Source: a virus
Lineage: Duplodnaviria > Caudoviricetes
Direction: 5' to 3' (one strand)
Length of the DNA stretch: 63,429 nucleotides
IMG/VR virus record: IMGVR_UViG_3300046804_004277
Coordinates: 1 to 63,429 of that record
Shown: in pieces, positions 9,387-19,284 of the stretch
Numbering within the stretch: position 1 is the first letter of the stretch
Layout of the letters: the number at the start of each line of letters is the position of its first letter
Translations under genes and position numbers: made by a program
Notes under the pieces: model-generated
What the model was told of the DNA's origin: nothing
Seen by the model: only the letters and a program-made list of their open reading frames with translations
The model's database searches: none

Positions 9387-9794
9387 CTAGCTTTCTTTAA
9401 TACCTTTAAAGAGATTTTCAAGTTTCTTGCGAGCATCCTCTACTGAAGATACATATCCCATCTTATCAGATACTTTGACTTCTCCAGATGGTTTATATAC
9501 TTCAATTGAATCATCATCAGTCAAATAGTGCTGATAGAGTTGAATTAATTTTTTATCTTTAGTTTCTGTCATGGTGATTACTTTATCAAGTTTAATCATA
9601 AAGAAATCATCATCTGCAAGTTCAATCCATGGTTTTACCTTTACATAAGAACCAGTGGGTCCAGAATTAACTTTCATGACTACTGGATTTTGAAGCACAA
9701 TAATAGGATCTCCATCATTCTCATCTACCATGACGAGTGATAGAATTTCTTCACCTGATATAAGTTTTATAATTGCGTAAAACTCTTCTCCCAT
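9387..9794 (-). CDS. Conserved hypothetical protein (possible Sm-like fold)
   Basis: IIKLISGEEI N-terminus; usual position between uvsW and g55. Confidence 0.8.
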   Translation of the reverse strand: MGEEFYAIIKLISGEEILSLVMVDENDGDPIIVLQNPVVMKVNSGPTGSYVKVKPWIELADDDFFMIKLDKVITMTETKDKKLIQLYQHYLTDDDSIEVYKPSGEVKVSDKMGYVSSVEDARKKLENLFKGIKES

Positions 9795-11257
9795 TATTCC
9801 TTTAGTGGTATATTTACAATATCATAATTAAAATTTTCTTCATTATAGATTTTGATTCTTTCGATTAAATGATTGAGAGTATAATTCTTTCTTGATTTAT
9901 AACTAATATCATCGGCAATGTCATATAAAGTTGCTTTTACTTTGTTTTCTCCTTTTCTGAGAACTCTTCCGATAGATTGGAGATTTCTAATTCTCGACTT
10001 CGATGGTGAAGCAAACACAACATTATGTAAGTTACGAATATTGATACCGGTAGAAAAAGTCCCATAAGATGCCACTATAATTGCGTTAGATTCTTTTTCT
10101 GTTATTTCACGAACCTTTTCTCGTTCTTCAGTTTCCACTCCACCATGAATAAAGAAAACATGACGATTTGGTGATATGTTATTATTTATTAAATCATATA
10201 AAGGTTGACCATGACCTTCGACTCTCGAAAATAAGACAAGAGTATTTCCTTTTAAATCTAATGTAAGATTTTTAATAAAGTTGTTTCGTTTTGAATGATT
10301 GATAATATACTGAACTTCATCTTCAAAAACATCAAATCGATTCGGTGGGTGTTTCAATAGAAGTATTTTAATATCCAATTTAGCCAGATGACCTTTCTGC
10401 ATCAGTTCATCTGTTTTAATAATCTTATAAGAAGGTCCAAATAATCCTTCTAAAACCCACTTATGAGTTTGACTTCCATCTAAGGTTCCAGTAAATCCAA
10501 AACGGTATTTTGCATCACAAAGTTTTGTCATTATAGATATTAATGACTTGGATTTAAACTGGTGTGCCTCATCGCCTACGACTACATTAAATCTGGCAAA
10601 ATACTGCTTAGGCAATTTGTAAATGCTTTGCCAAGTAGTAATAATGACTTGGGAATCAGTTTCTCTTTCCTTTCCCGCGTAGATTTTGTGGCAAAATGAA
10701 CCAACATCCCATCCATAATCTGCAAAATCTTTATACATTTGTTCTACAAGGGAAGTCGTTGGGACAACTATCAGAATATTTTGCTGTTTCTCAACATAAT
10801 ATCTCACAACAGAATATATCATTAATGACTTTCCAGAAGCAGTTGGAGATATCAATAACTTTCGATTATGTCGCAAAGCGTCGTATACTCCCTCAACTTG
10901 GTAATCGCGTGGGGCGTGTCTACTGATTGCGGTCATATAATCTTTCACACCTTCCTTTGAGATGTTCTCATTTACCTCAAAAGGAAGACCATAAAACTTA
11001 TTATTTGTGAACTCATACGTGTAATTATGATCTTCACAAAATTTGATAATTCTATCTAAGAGCCCAATATAAATCTCACCTGTTTGTGTAGAGAATAGGC
11101 GAATTTTTCCGTCCCAGTATTTGTTGCGAAACTGGGGACTGAATTTTGCATTTGGAACATCAAACGTAAATTGGTCTTGAAGTTCGTAATAAACGTGAGG
11201 TTCTGCTTTAATATACAGATATACTTCGTTCTTTTTTGATATAATCAAATGACTCAT
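9794..11257 (-). CDS. uvsW: RNA-DNA/DNA-DNA helicase
   Basis: PTASGKS, DEAH, TGT and QSIGRVLR SF2 motifs. Confidence 0.96.
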   Translation of the reverse strand: MSHLIISKKNEVYLYIKAEPHVYYELQDQFTFDVPNAKFSPQFRNKYWDGKIRLFSTQTGEIYIGLLDRIIKFCEDHNYTYEFTNNKFYGLPFEVNENISKEGVKDYMTAISRHAPRDYQVEGVYDALRHNRKLLISPTASGKSLMIYSVVRYYVEKQQNILIVVPTTSLVEQMYKDFADYGWDVGSFCHKIYAGKERETDSQVIITTWQSIYKLPKQYFARFNVVVGDEAHQFKSKSLISIMTKLCDAKYRFGFTGTLDGSQTHKWVLEGLFGPSYKIIKTDELMQKGHLAKLDIKILLLKHPPNRFDVFEDEVQYIINHSKRNNFIKNLTLDLKGNTLVLFSRVEGHGQPLYDLINNNISPNRHVFFIHGGVETEEREKVREITEKESNAIIVASYGTFSTGINIRNLHNVVFASPSKSRIRNLQSIGRVLRKGENKVKATLYDIADDISYKSRKNYTLNHLIERIKIYNEENFNYDIVNIPLKE

Positions 11258-11294
11258 ATTTTATATCATCCCGATACAAATATTTATCGGCAAT

Positions 11295-11316
11295 AAAAAA
11301 GGGAGTCAAACTCCCT
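11295..11316 (-). terminator. Rho-independent terminator; late box ATAAATA follows at 11281-11287
   Basis: Minus strand AGGGAGTTTGACTCCCT-TTTTT. Confidence 0.7.
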
Positions 11317-11785
11317 ATTTGTAATTTAAATTTATAACAACTCTTACTTTACTATTTGTACAAGTTGTTCCTCTATGTCTTATGTTTGAATCAAATGTAA
11401 CTAATCTATTTGCAATACTTTCTATTTTTGTACCATCTTCAAATTCTGTCCACCCGTTATTTGTATTAATATAAAAAATTGATGTTTGAACATCTTCAAC
11501 ATCTATATGAAATTTCCTTTCAATTATTTTTTCTGTTCGTGGGCTTAAATTGGATTTAATTCTAACAACTTCTTTGATACTTAATTTTTCTAATAAAGGG
11601 ATTAAGATAGTATCAGATTCTATAAACTTATGAATAAACTGATAATTATCTAAATCAAAAATATCAAATAATTGATTTGTATAATCGACAAATGGATTAT
11701 AGTGCCATTCAAAATATGGTCCCATCAGATGATTTTGAATCTTTAAAAATTCTTCTTCTGATAAAAAATTATCTATTATTTTCAT
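11315..11785 (-). CDS. 2OG-Fe(II) oxygenase-family protein
   Basis: IIDNFL start; FHID (HxD); NRLVTFDS..RH; distal R; typical of cyanophage oxygenases. Confidence 0.8.
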   Translation of the reverse strand: MKIIDNFLSEEEFLKIQNHLMGPYFEWHYNPFVDYTNQLFDIFDLDNYQFIHKFIESDTILIPLLEKLSIKEVVRIKSNLSPRTEKIIERKFHIDVEDVQTSIFYINTNNGWTEFEDGTKIESIANRLVTFDSNIRHRGTTCTNSKVRVVINLNYK

Positions 11786-12217
11786 TTAATTAAATCCTGC
11801 TTGGAATTTATGCCATTCAATTGAATTTTTGATTTGATAAGTTCTGTTAGAAACTGTCTTAATAATCTCTTCTAAGAACTTAAGCATAATGTCATAATAC
11901 CTTATCTTCAAGTCAATTTTAGAAAGTCTCTCATCTGCACTCATATACCTCTCTATGGCATCCTTTTCTCTTACCTTATAAGGAAATGGTTCTTCTACAT
12001 AGACCTCTGCTGGCGCCTTTCCTGTGTAGTAATTATAGCGTTCTAAACGCACCTTATTATAAGTATCTCTTGCTTTCTCACGAAGAAGAGTGATTGTATT
12101 ATAGATTGTATAATATTTTGAATGTAGTTGAGGAATTTTTAAAGATTCATCATGTAAGTTGTCAGGATCAATGACAGAATCTCTCTGCCACATCTCCTGT
12201 ATTTCATCAAGATTCAT
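11786..12217 (-). CDS. uvsY: Recombination mediator protein
   Basis: ESLKIPQLHSKY...RTYQIKNSIEW..FQAG; upstream of uvsW. Confidence 0.93.
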   Translation of the reverse strand: MNLDEIQEMWQRDSVIDPDNLHDESLKIPQLHSKYYTIYNTITLLREKARDTYNKVRLERYNYYTGKAPAEVYVEEPFPYKVREKDAIERYMSADERLSKIDLKIRYYDIMLKFLEEIIKTVSNRTYQIKNSIEWHKFQAGFN

Positions 12218-12777
12218 GTACTTGTAAATGCATAAAGTGGTTTTCCGTCTAGACCTAGTATATCATAGATTGTGTATTTGAAAACCACCTCTGCCGTAAA
12301 ATATTGAATATCCGTAACCGTTGAATCAAATTCTAATGAAGTTATGGAAACTGGAAAAAGGTCTTGAAATCTTACAAGTGCAGTATCTTTAAAATTGCTG
12401 TTTAAGATGCGAAGAGTTCCATCACTATATGCTCTTTTATCATCTTTAGTTCCATCCTTATCTGTAGTCAAAGTTGCATATTCTTGAAGACTTCCAGAAC
12501 CACCTAAAGCAGTCAACCAGTTGTGAATAATCATATAATTTTCCATACTCTCGTCAACAAGAAATTTTAAATTGAAATCTCCAAAAATCATTTTACCACC
12601 AGGTTGTGGAATATCATTTAAATAATCTGGTTGAATGACTGTGGAAAGATTTAATTCTGGTAATCTTGCAGAATTGGAAAAAAATGGAACTTTTGGATAC
12701 TTTGCCAAAGTAAATTTAAATCCAGTTGGAGATAAAAAATTTCTATTTCCAATTTGATTGGCAAGTGCATTTGTCAT
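12214..12777 (-). CDS. g3: Tail completion / sheath stabiliser (tube terminator)
   Basis: NRNFLSPTGFKF, FLVDESMENY and DLFPVSITSLEFD motifs; position after g23. Confidence 0.85.
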   Translation of the reverse strand: MTNALANQIGNRNFLSPTGFKFTLAKYPKVPFFSNSARLPELNLSTVIQPDYLNDIPQPGGKMIFGDFNLKFLVDESMENYMIIHNWLTALGGSGSLQEYATLTTDKDGTKDDKRAYSDGTLRILNSNFKDTALVRFQDLFPVSITSLEFDSTVTDIQYFTAEVVFKYTIYDILGLDGKPLYAFTST

Positions 12778-12789
12778 GATTTAATCCTC

Positions 12790-13380
12790 TTATTTTGATG
12801 GCTTTACTTTTGCCATTACTGGTTCTGGAGCAGTTTTTACATAAACTTTTTGTTTGCCAAATTCTTTCGAAGTAATATTTGGTTTACCCGAAACATCAGC
12901 AGCAGTTTGTCTTGCAAGATCAAAACTTACACCTTTATTGTATTGCCCAGATTTTCCAAAGTTTCCAGTATCAAATGAATGTGTTGTTGCAACAGGTGCT
13001 TTTGTTCCTGGTGCTTTAGTCATCTGAAGTTTAGTTCCAAAAGGTATAGATGGTTTGGAACTTGTTGGAGATTTGTATGGAACAGCAACTCCTACTGCAG
13101 TATCTGAAAATTTCTCTCCACTTGCAGTTTTTGAACCTGGAGTATCCGCTTTACTATAAGAACTTACTGTTACTGGTTTCCAACCATATCTTTTTTGCTC
13201 CGCATCAGTATGTGCTCTTTGAGTGAATTTTCCACTTGACTTATCAAGAACCCCCGATTGATAATTTTTATACGCCAAAACAGTTTGTGCTGGTTTTGGT
13301 TTAGGTAGTGGGGGAGGATTAAATCCAAAAAATTCTTGGCAGTTATATGCCTGCTCACAAAACTGCTTATAAGTTTTCAT
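12790..13380 (-). CDS. Protein with capsid-targeting-like N-terminus and RlpA-like double-psi beta-barrel domain
   Basis: MKTYKQFCEQAY leader; SSY...TASGEKF...IPFGT...DTG...SFDLA pattern parallels RlpA (ASWY...TASGE.F...LPFGT...DRG...IDLS). Confidence 0.65.
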   Translation of the reverse strand: MKTYKQFCEQAYNCQEFFGFNPPPLPKPKPAQTVLAYKNYQSGVLDKSSGKFTQRAHTDAEQKRYGWKPVTVSSYSKADTPGSKTASGEKFSDTAVGVAVPYKSPTSSKPSIPFGTKLQMTKAPGTKAPVATTHSFDTGNFGKSGQYNKGVSFDLARQTAADVSGKPNITSKEFGKQKVYVKTAPEPVMAKVKPSK

Positions 13381-13408
13381 TGAATGGGATATTTTTAAAT
13401 ATTTAGAT

Positions 13409-13436
13409 AAAAAAAGACCCCCCTTGCGGGAGGTCT
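13409..13436 (-). terminator. Rho-independent terminator after g23
   Basis: AGACCTCCC-GCAA-GGGGGGTCT-TTTTTT with a GNRA loop; CTAAATA late box follows. Confidence 0.85.
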
Positions 13437-13455
13437 GAGAATATGTGAGAAAGAC

Positions 13456-14844
13456 TCACATGAGGTTATTAACTTTAACTCTTCTGTAATATACGTTGGA
13501 GTTGGTTGAAATAACACCAGGAGTTGCGGTTGAAGCACCCTTAGCAAATGGGTTGGCGACCAGACCATATCTGGTCTTAAAGCCAATCTTAGGCTGGAAG
13601 GTTTGCTCACCAACTGCACGAACCATCTGGAGAGGAACGTATGGGCAGTAGAAGAGACCAGCATCATAAGCTGAAGAACCCTTATAACCAACAACGTAGT
13701 ATTGGTTTGCAGCAACGTTTGCCGAATATGGGTCGATGTAGACCTTAAATTTACCTTGGAGAACACCAGCAAAAGTATTGCCAGTATCATCAACGTTCAG
13801 ATTAGCATTGAGTGCAGGGGTGTAATCGAGAACACCAGCCATTGCAAGTGCTGAAGCAACATCAGCAGAGCAGATGATAGTGTTGCCCTTCCCTCTACGA
13901 GTTTGCTGTGCAATTGCGTTTGCATCGCGCTCGATTTGGAAAATAAGACCCTTGAACTTCTCAACTGACCAACGACCGTTGGAGTCAACGTCGAGGTCAA
14001 AAGTACCACTGGTAGCAACGTTTGCCTGAGCACCAGGAACAGCACTCTTATAGATGGTACGAATAACTTCGCGGTTGATTTCGGCAAGAATCTCAGTTGA
14101 GAGAATGTTTGCTAATTCCGCTTCAGCATTCAGACCGTGGATTGCCTTGAGGTCCTGAGCGAGTTCTAATGAGTACTCAGCTTTCAGAGCTCTTGACTGT
14201 GCAGTAACGGTGACTTTCTCAATCGAGAATGCCATCTCGTTGAAATAGTTGGTGCTGCCGTCGCCAAGTGCCTCAGCGTTTGCGGTGGTCATCGCTTCGC
14301 CAACATTATAGTCAGTTGGCGATGTTCCTTGGTTGGTTGGGCTTAAGAGACCTGGGTTCGAACCTTGTTGGCTGGTAGTACCAAGACCAACAGTACCGTC
14401 GATGAAACCAGCGGTACGGTTGAAGCTATTGTTCTGACCAGAGAATGCTGAATCTGCTTCGTTGTAGAAGGCTTCAGTACCAGACTGGCTGCTATAACGT
14501 GAACGCATTGCGAAGATAAGTCCAGTAGGACCGTTCATTGGTTGAACGCCACAAATATCATAGGCGATCAGGTTAGGCATCGAACGACGGATCAGTGAGA
14601 TCAGTACGGGGTCGAAACCTGCGGTAGGTGAAGATGAATTACCACTGAAACCACCAGTACCAGCAGAGTTGGTTGGTGAAGCTTCGTAAAGGAATTCGCG
14701 CTCTTCGCGGATTGATTTTTCTTGGTTTTCGAGCAGGATTGCGGTTACACTTCTACGATGAGAATCTTTGATTGGATCAAGACCTTCATAGTCGAGGAGG
14801 GGTGCCCACTTCTCCTGCAATTGTTCTACATTGAACATTTGCAT
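13456..14844 (-). CDS. g23: Major capsid protein
   Basis: KWAPLL, FDPVLISLIRR, VQPMNGPTGLIFAMR, YCPYVPL and FKTRYG motifs. Confidence 0.99.
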   Translation of the reverse strand: MQMFNVEQLQEKWAPLLDYEGLDPIKDSHRRSVTAILLENQEKSIREEREFLYEASPTNSAGTGGFSGNSSSPTAGFDPVLISLIRRSMPNLIAYDICGVQPMNGPTGLIFAMRSRYSSQSGTEAFYNEADSAFSGQNNSFNRTAGFIDGTVGLGTTSQQGSNPGLLSPTNQGTSPTDYNVGEAMTTANAEALGDGSTNYFNEMAFSIEKVTVTAQSRALKAEYSLELAQDLKAIHGLNAEAELANILSTEILAEINREVIRTIYKSAVPGAQANVATSGTFDLDVDSNGRWSVEKFKGLIFQIERDANAIAQQTRRGKGNTIICSADVASALAMAGVLDYTPALNANLNVDDTGNTFAGVLQGKFKVYIDPYSANVAANQYYVVGYKGSSAYDAGLFYCPYVPLQMVRAVGEQTFQPKIGFKTRYGLVANPFAKGASTATPGVISTNSNVYYRRVKVNNLM

Positions 14845-14894
14845 TGTTTTTTACCTCTATTGGAAATTGTTAGTTTGACTTTATGATTTAAAAA

Positions 14895-16091
14895 TCACTT
14901 TTTAGAAACTCTTTGGAGAGTCTGAAGATAAGCACTCATGGTGCCAGTAACTGATTGACCTTGGGTATAATCAGTTGATTCAGACAGATTTTCACTAGCG
15001 TTTCTTTGAGTACCAGCAGTTCTGGTTGGGAAATATGATTCCCTCAGAGTTACTAGTTTCTCACGATAGCTCTCTTCACTATCAAACTCAACATTTTCAG
15101 AGAGAGAAGCGAGTTTGTCCTTCTGAGAAAGTGCAAGACCCTCAGTGACTTCTGCAAAGATTACATCAGCAACCGACTCTGCTAATCTTCTATTAAGAGC
15201 AACGTTTCTTTCGATTTGCTCGTTGAGTTTTTCTTCCATTTCATCAAGTTTATCTACCATGCTCTCGATGACATCATATCTATCTTCAGGGATTGAAACA
15301 TAATGATCTTCAAAAAGACCTCTCATTCCTTGGAGGAATGATTCAGTCATTTCGGTCTTCAGACCGTGCTCAACTGCGAGTGCATTTTCAGAAATCCACT
15401 CATCAGCAACATACTCAAGGTAAGCATCAACACGGTCAATAAGACCTTCTTTGATTGCTTCGATTTCTTCTACAAGTGCAACTTCATATGCTGCTTGCAG
15501 ATCTTCTTTGATTTCAGCAACCTTAGTTTTGATTGCTGCTTCAAAGATGGTGCGAGCCTTCTCTTGGAATTCTTCGGAGAGCTCCTCACCAGCAAGGAGA
15601 GCATTGACATCTTCTTCGATATCAAACTCTTCCTTCATATCTTCTTCTTCATCTTCACCCTTTTCGTGACCCTTGCCTTCTTTCTTCTCACCCTTTTCCT
15701 TTTTGCCTTCCTTATGAGGAGCCTCACCAGGCTCTTCACCATCTTCCTTCTCTTCTGCTTCGGCAATCAGATCCTCTTCATCATACTCAGAATCTTCCTT
15801 CATACCTTGACCAGGTGCTGAAACTGAAGTTGCTGATGGGCGAAGAGTTTCTCCTGCACCCGCTTTAGCATTAACTACATTTTTGACTTGCTGAAGAGTT
15901 GCACCAGGGGTGTTAAGTTTTGCTGAATCATCGGTTGAACGATAATTTTCTGGAGTAGGACCACCAAGATCTTCCCAAGCACCTGTTTGTCCAGGAGCAA
16001 TTCCAGTGGACAACTTGTGCATTGGTTCGGCAGGGGCAGCTCCTTTGGTTACTACGTTTTCCATTTCTTGTAAATTTCTACCAACGGACAT
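14895..16091 (-). CDS. g22: Prohead core scaffolding protein
   Basis: LSEEFQEKARTIFEAA and VDAYLEYVADEW motifs; between g21 and g23. Confidence 0.93.
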   Translation of the reverse strand: MSVGRNLQEMENVVTKGAAPAEPMHKLSTGIAPGQTGAWEDLGGPTPENYRSTDDSAKLNTPGATLQQVKNVVNAKAGAGETLRPSATSVSAPGQGMKEDSEYDEEDLIAEAEEKEDGEEPGEAPHKEGKKEKGEKKEGKGHEKGEDEEEDMKEEFDIEEDVNALLAGEELSEEFQEKARTIFEAAIKTKVAEIKEDLQAAYEVALVEEIEAIKEGLIDRVDAYLEYVADEWISENALAVEHGLKTEMTESFLQGMRGLFEDHYVSIPEDRYDVIESMVDKLDEMEEKLNEQIERNVALNRRLAESVADVIFAEVTEGLALSQKDKLASLSENVEFDSEESYREKLVTLRESYFPTRTAGTQRNASENLSESTDYTQGQSVTGTMSAYLQTLQRVSKK

Positions 16092-16129
16092 TTGAGTGAT
16101 TGTGTTATAATCTATATTTATTTATTAAA

Positions 16130-16780
16130 TCAAAGATTTGAAAGAAATTCTTGGAACAATTCAACTTTATGTTCCTGAAGTGTTCTTTCATCTACTAAGG
16201 TATTAATTCTACGCTTAGTTTGTTCGGCAAGTTTTTCACGAAGAATTCCACCTTCCCAAACCCATTCTTTACCTTCCATAATTCCAGAAACAAAAGCATC
16301 TGGAGCAGAAGGATCGGCAACAATATCTGCAGCAGTTGCAAGCATAAAATCTTCACCAACAATTTTATGACCTTCATTGGTCATTCTAAGTGAACCTACA
16401 CCACGAGAAGAAACACCAAGCATAACTCCTTCATTAATCAAAGATTTTGCAATCTTACCCATTGGAGTTTCTAGAAGTTGTGCCTTACCAATAAAATTAG
16501 TTCCCTTTTGTTCTAAGGAAACAATTTTATGAGAAACGCGGTCAAGATTAACAGTAGGTCCCTCAGGATGACCAAGTTCTCCTAAAGCACGACCTTTAGA
16601 AACAAATGCTTCATTGTATCTGTTTACCTCTTTTGCAAGAGTTGACATTGGATACATTCTTCCATTACGGTTGCAAATGTCTCCTTGAAGGAAAATACCT
16701 TCAATAAACATTTTCTTTTCAGCCCCTTTTCCTTCGGTGATGAATTTTACTTGTGAGACTTCTTCTGTGATAAGTTTCAT
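16130..16780 (-). CDS. g21: Prohead protease
   Basis: MKLITE, NRNGRMYP, GELGHP, GVSSRG and DIVADPS motifs. Confidence 0.97.
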   Translation of the reverse strand: MKLITEEVSQVKFITEGKGAEKKMFIEGIFLQGDICNRNGRMYPMSTLAKEVNRYNEAFVSKGRALGELGHPEGPTVNLDRVSHKIVSLEQKGTNFIGKAQLLETPMGKIAKSLINEGVMLGVSSRGVGSLRMTNEGHKIVGEDFMLATAADIVADPSAPDAFVSGIMEGKEWVWEGGILREKLAEQTKRRINTLVDERTLQEHKVELFQEFLSNL

Positions 16781-16781
16781 T

Positions 16782-17324
16782 TTATTCTGATACTAGAGTG
16801 ACTACTTCCGAAATATTGAAAAATGAATTTACATCATCAGTCAAGCAAGCAACTTTGACGCTTTTTACTAATGTTGCTGCACCAACACTCACATTAGTAA
16901 CTGAGCTACTATCAAAATTTAAAGTAACTGAGGAATCAGTTAATGAAACAATGGTATTATGGGTGGTATTAATTCCAGATGTTGTAGCACCTTCAATGGT
17001 TACATAATCTGTTGCAACAAATGGATTACCAGCATTATTATCAAATGTTACTGTGGTGGTAGCACCTGTAGTAATACCGGCAATTTTTTGCCTCTTCATG
17101 CCTTCTTTCAAAATATCTGTTCCATAAGGAACTACATGAAAAGAATTTCTATTTACTGTGGGATTAGTTCCAATAGAAACATATCCACCATAACTACTTG
17201 ATGTTGCACCAATTGTAATTCTCAAATAACCAGTCTTAAGTGCAATGGGAACACTTGTTATAGCAACACCGGCAGATGGTGATAATCTTGGAATTTGAAC
17301 GTCTTGGATAACTTTAAGTGCCAT
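16782..17324 (-). CDS. Hypothetical virion-associated protein
   Basis: Thr/Ser-rich ORF within the head operon; coupled start/stop. Confidence 0.7.
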   Translation of the reverse strand: MALKVIQDVQIPRLSPSAGVAITSVPIALKTGYLRITIGATSSSYGGYVSIGTNPTVNRNSFHVVPYGTDILKEGMKRQKIAGITTGATTTVTFDNNAGNPFVATDYVTIEGATTSGINTTHNTIVSLTDSSVTLNFDSSSVTNVSVGAATLVKSVKVACLTDDVNSFFNISEVVTLVSE

Positions 17325-17551
17325 TATTCTTGGTCCTCGTTGTAATCTTCATCTCCATATTCTTCAGTGTCTTCATCATCAATTTCAAATTCTCCCTCGC
17401 TTTCGGAATCATCGCCAAACATGGATGTAGCAACATAGGGGCGAGCACTATCTACTCTTTCTGCTGCTTTTGAATATAAAAGATCCTTAATTCTGTCGGA
17501 TACATCCGCAGCAGAACCGTCAGTTGCAATCAAATCGATAAGTTCTTCCAT
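17324..17551 (-). CDS. Small acidic prohead core protein (gp67-like by position)
   Basis: 75 aa with acidic tail; between g20 and g21; late promoter TATAAATA at 17577-17584. Confidence 0.65.
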   Translation of the reverse strand: MEELIDLIATDGSAADVSDRIKDLLYSKAAERVDSARPYVATSMFGDDSESEGEFEIDDEDTEEYGDEDYNEDQE

Positions 17552-17579
17552 AAAATTATTTTTATTATTATAAGATTAT

Positions 17580-19253
17580 TTATATCTTCCCACCTTTGGG
17601 CTCTGGAGGAAGTTGTGGTTCAGGTGCAACCTCTGGCGGAATTTCACCCATCGCCTGTTGCTCTGGAGGAACTTCTGCCCCAGGAGGTAATGGATTTCCC
17701 ATTTCATCTACTGGAGCATTTGGATCTGGGAGAATTCCTTTTTGAATTTCATCTTCAATTTGTTGATCAATTTCAATAATTTCTGAATCAGTTTGACGAA
17801 GAATTTTCTTACGAACATATTCAGTAGAATAGTATTTGCCAATATATGGTTCCATTTGAGTTAGTAACCCTAAACGATTGCCAAGTAGTTCTGCTTCTTT
17901 CAATTCTGCAAATTGATTATCATATAAGAAATCATATTGAATATGATCTGTCATTAGATCCCAATCTTCGGGAGTTACGATATTTTTGAGAAGTAATTGA
18001 GTGCGGAGTAAATCGTTAAACATATTTGCAAAACGCTTTCTTAAGCGTCCAACAAATTTTGCAAACTTAAGTTCATCTCTTAAAATTTCTGATGAACGAC
18101 CAAGATTAAATCCATCACCGCCACCAGCAATCCTGGATTCTGGAACTCCCAATGCCCTATAGAGTTTCTTTTGGAAATATTCAATATCTTGAAGTTCTCC
18201 AAGATTTTGTCCACCTGGTAAAGTAGTGATTTCAGTTCCGCGACCACCCTCTCTTCTTGGCAACCAGAAATCCTCAAGCATACTCATAAATTTACGGTCA
18301 TCACGAACTTCACCTGTATTTGCATCATAGACAAGTTTATTTCTGTAACGAGACATAACATCCTTAAGGTACTGCTCTGCTTTTACCTTAGGAAGATTGC
18401 CAACATCAATATAAAAAATTCTACGCTCAGGTGCTCTTGAAAGTCTATAAATGACTAGAGAATCCTCAATCATTCTAAGTTGATTGAGTGCCTTAATTGC
18501 TTTGTGGAGATATGAAAGAACAGTTCCTTTATTTCTATCTACCAATCCTGAGGTGCAATAAGTAATTGAATCTTTTGCAATTTTTATAGAATTCTTTGAT
18601 GCCCCTCCAGTCAAACCGCCAATTGAACCTGCTGGATAATTTGGTGTCGGACTATAGATAAAATATTCTTCAATTTCTGGATATGTAACTTCTTGAGTTT
18701 GTAGACTATTAAGACGAACCAAACTTGTATTTGCATCAGGTTTTTTCTCCTGACGAACATGCTTCATTTTCATTGGATCGATGTATCTCAATTCCTGTAT
18801 TCCTGCCTCAGGATTTTTTACATCGATTACTTTTAGATAGAAAACTCTTCCATCAACATACCAATTCCTAAAAATTTCATGGCACTTCTTATCAAAGTCC
18901 ATGATTTCTTTAATATATTTAAATTCACTTCTGATAATATCCTTCAACTTGTCACTTGCATTCAAGTTTGACAACTCAATTTCAACTGGCGAATCATAAA
19001 GATCGCTCACAAGTGCTTCATTTACAACATCTTCAATTGCAGCATCGCATTCTGGATGAAGAGACATCTCACGATATCTGCGAATTAAATCATATTCAGT
19101 TCTGTAGACACCTTCAATATCTACATATTGACCATAAAATCCTGATTGAATATAATAATCAACCCCGTCCTCATTATTGGGAGGAACGGGGGAAATTATA
19201 GATTTGGATTTCTTTTCGTTGCCTTCAATCGAAAAACCAAATAGTTTCGCCAT
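17580..19253 (-). CDS. g20: Portal vertex protein
   Basis: RAPERRIFYIDVGNLP and EDFWLPRREGGRGTEI motifs. Confidence 0.99.
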   Translation of the reverse strand: MAKLFGFSIEGNEKKSKSIISPVPPNNEDGVDYYIQSGFYGQYVDIEGVYRTEYDLIRRYREMSLHPECDAAIEDVVNEALVSDLYDSPVEIELSNLNASDKLKDIIRSEFKYIKEIMDFDKKCHEIFRNWYVDGRVFYLKVIDVKNPEAGIQELRYIDPMKMKHVRQEKKPDANTSLVRLNSLQTQEVTYPEIEEYFIYSPTPNYPAGSIGGLTGGASKNSIKIAKDSITYCTSGLVDRNKGTVLSYLHKAIKALNQLRMIEDSLVIYRLSRAPERRIFYIDVGNLPKVKAEQYLKDVMSRYRNKLVYDANTGEVRDDRKFMSMLEDFWLPRREGGRGTEITTLPGGQNLGELQDIEYFQKKLYRALGVPESRIAGGGDGFNLGRSSEILRDELKFAKFVGRLRKRFANMFNDLLRTQLLLKNIVTPEDWDLMTDHIQYDFLYDNQFAELKEAELLGNRLGLLTQMEPYIGKYYSTEYVRKKILRQTDSEIIEIDQQIEDEIQKGILPDPNAPVDEMGNPLPPGAEVPPEQQAMGEIPPEVAPEPQLPPEPKGGKI

Positions 19254-19284
19254 TTTATAAATTTAAACTGTTAATATCTACTAT

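Noticed and set aside
13395-14087. Alternative-frame ORFs inside g23
   Set aside because: They are explained by the codon bias of the highly expressed capsid gene; no RBS or motifs.
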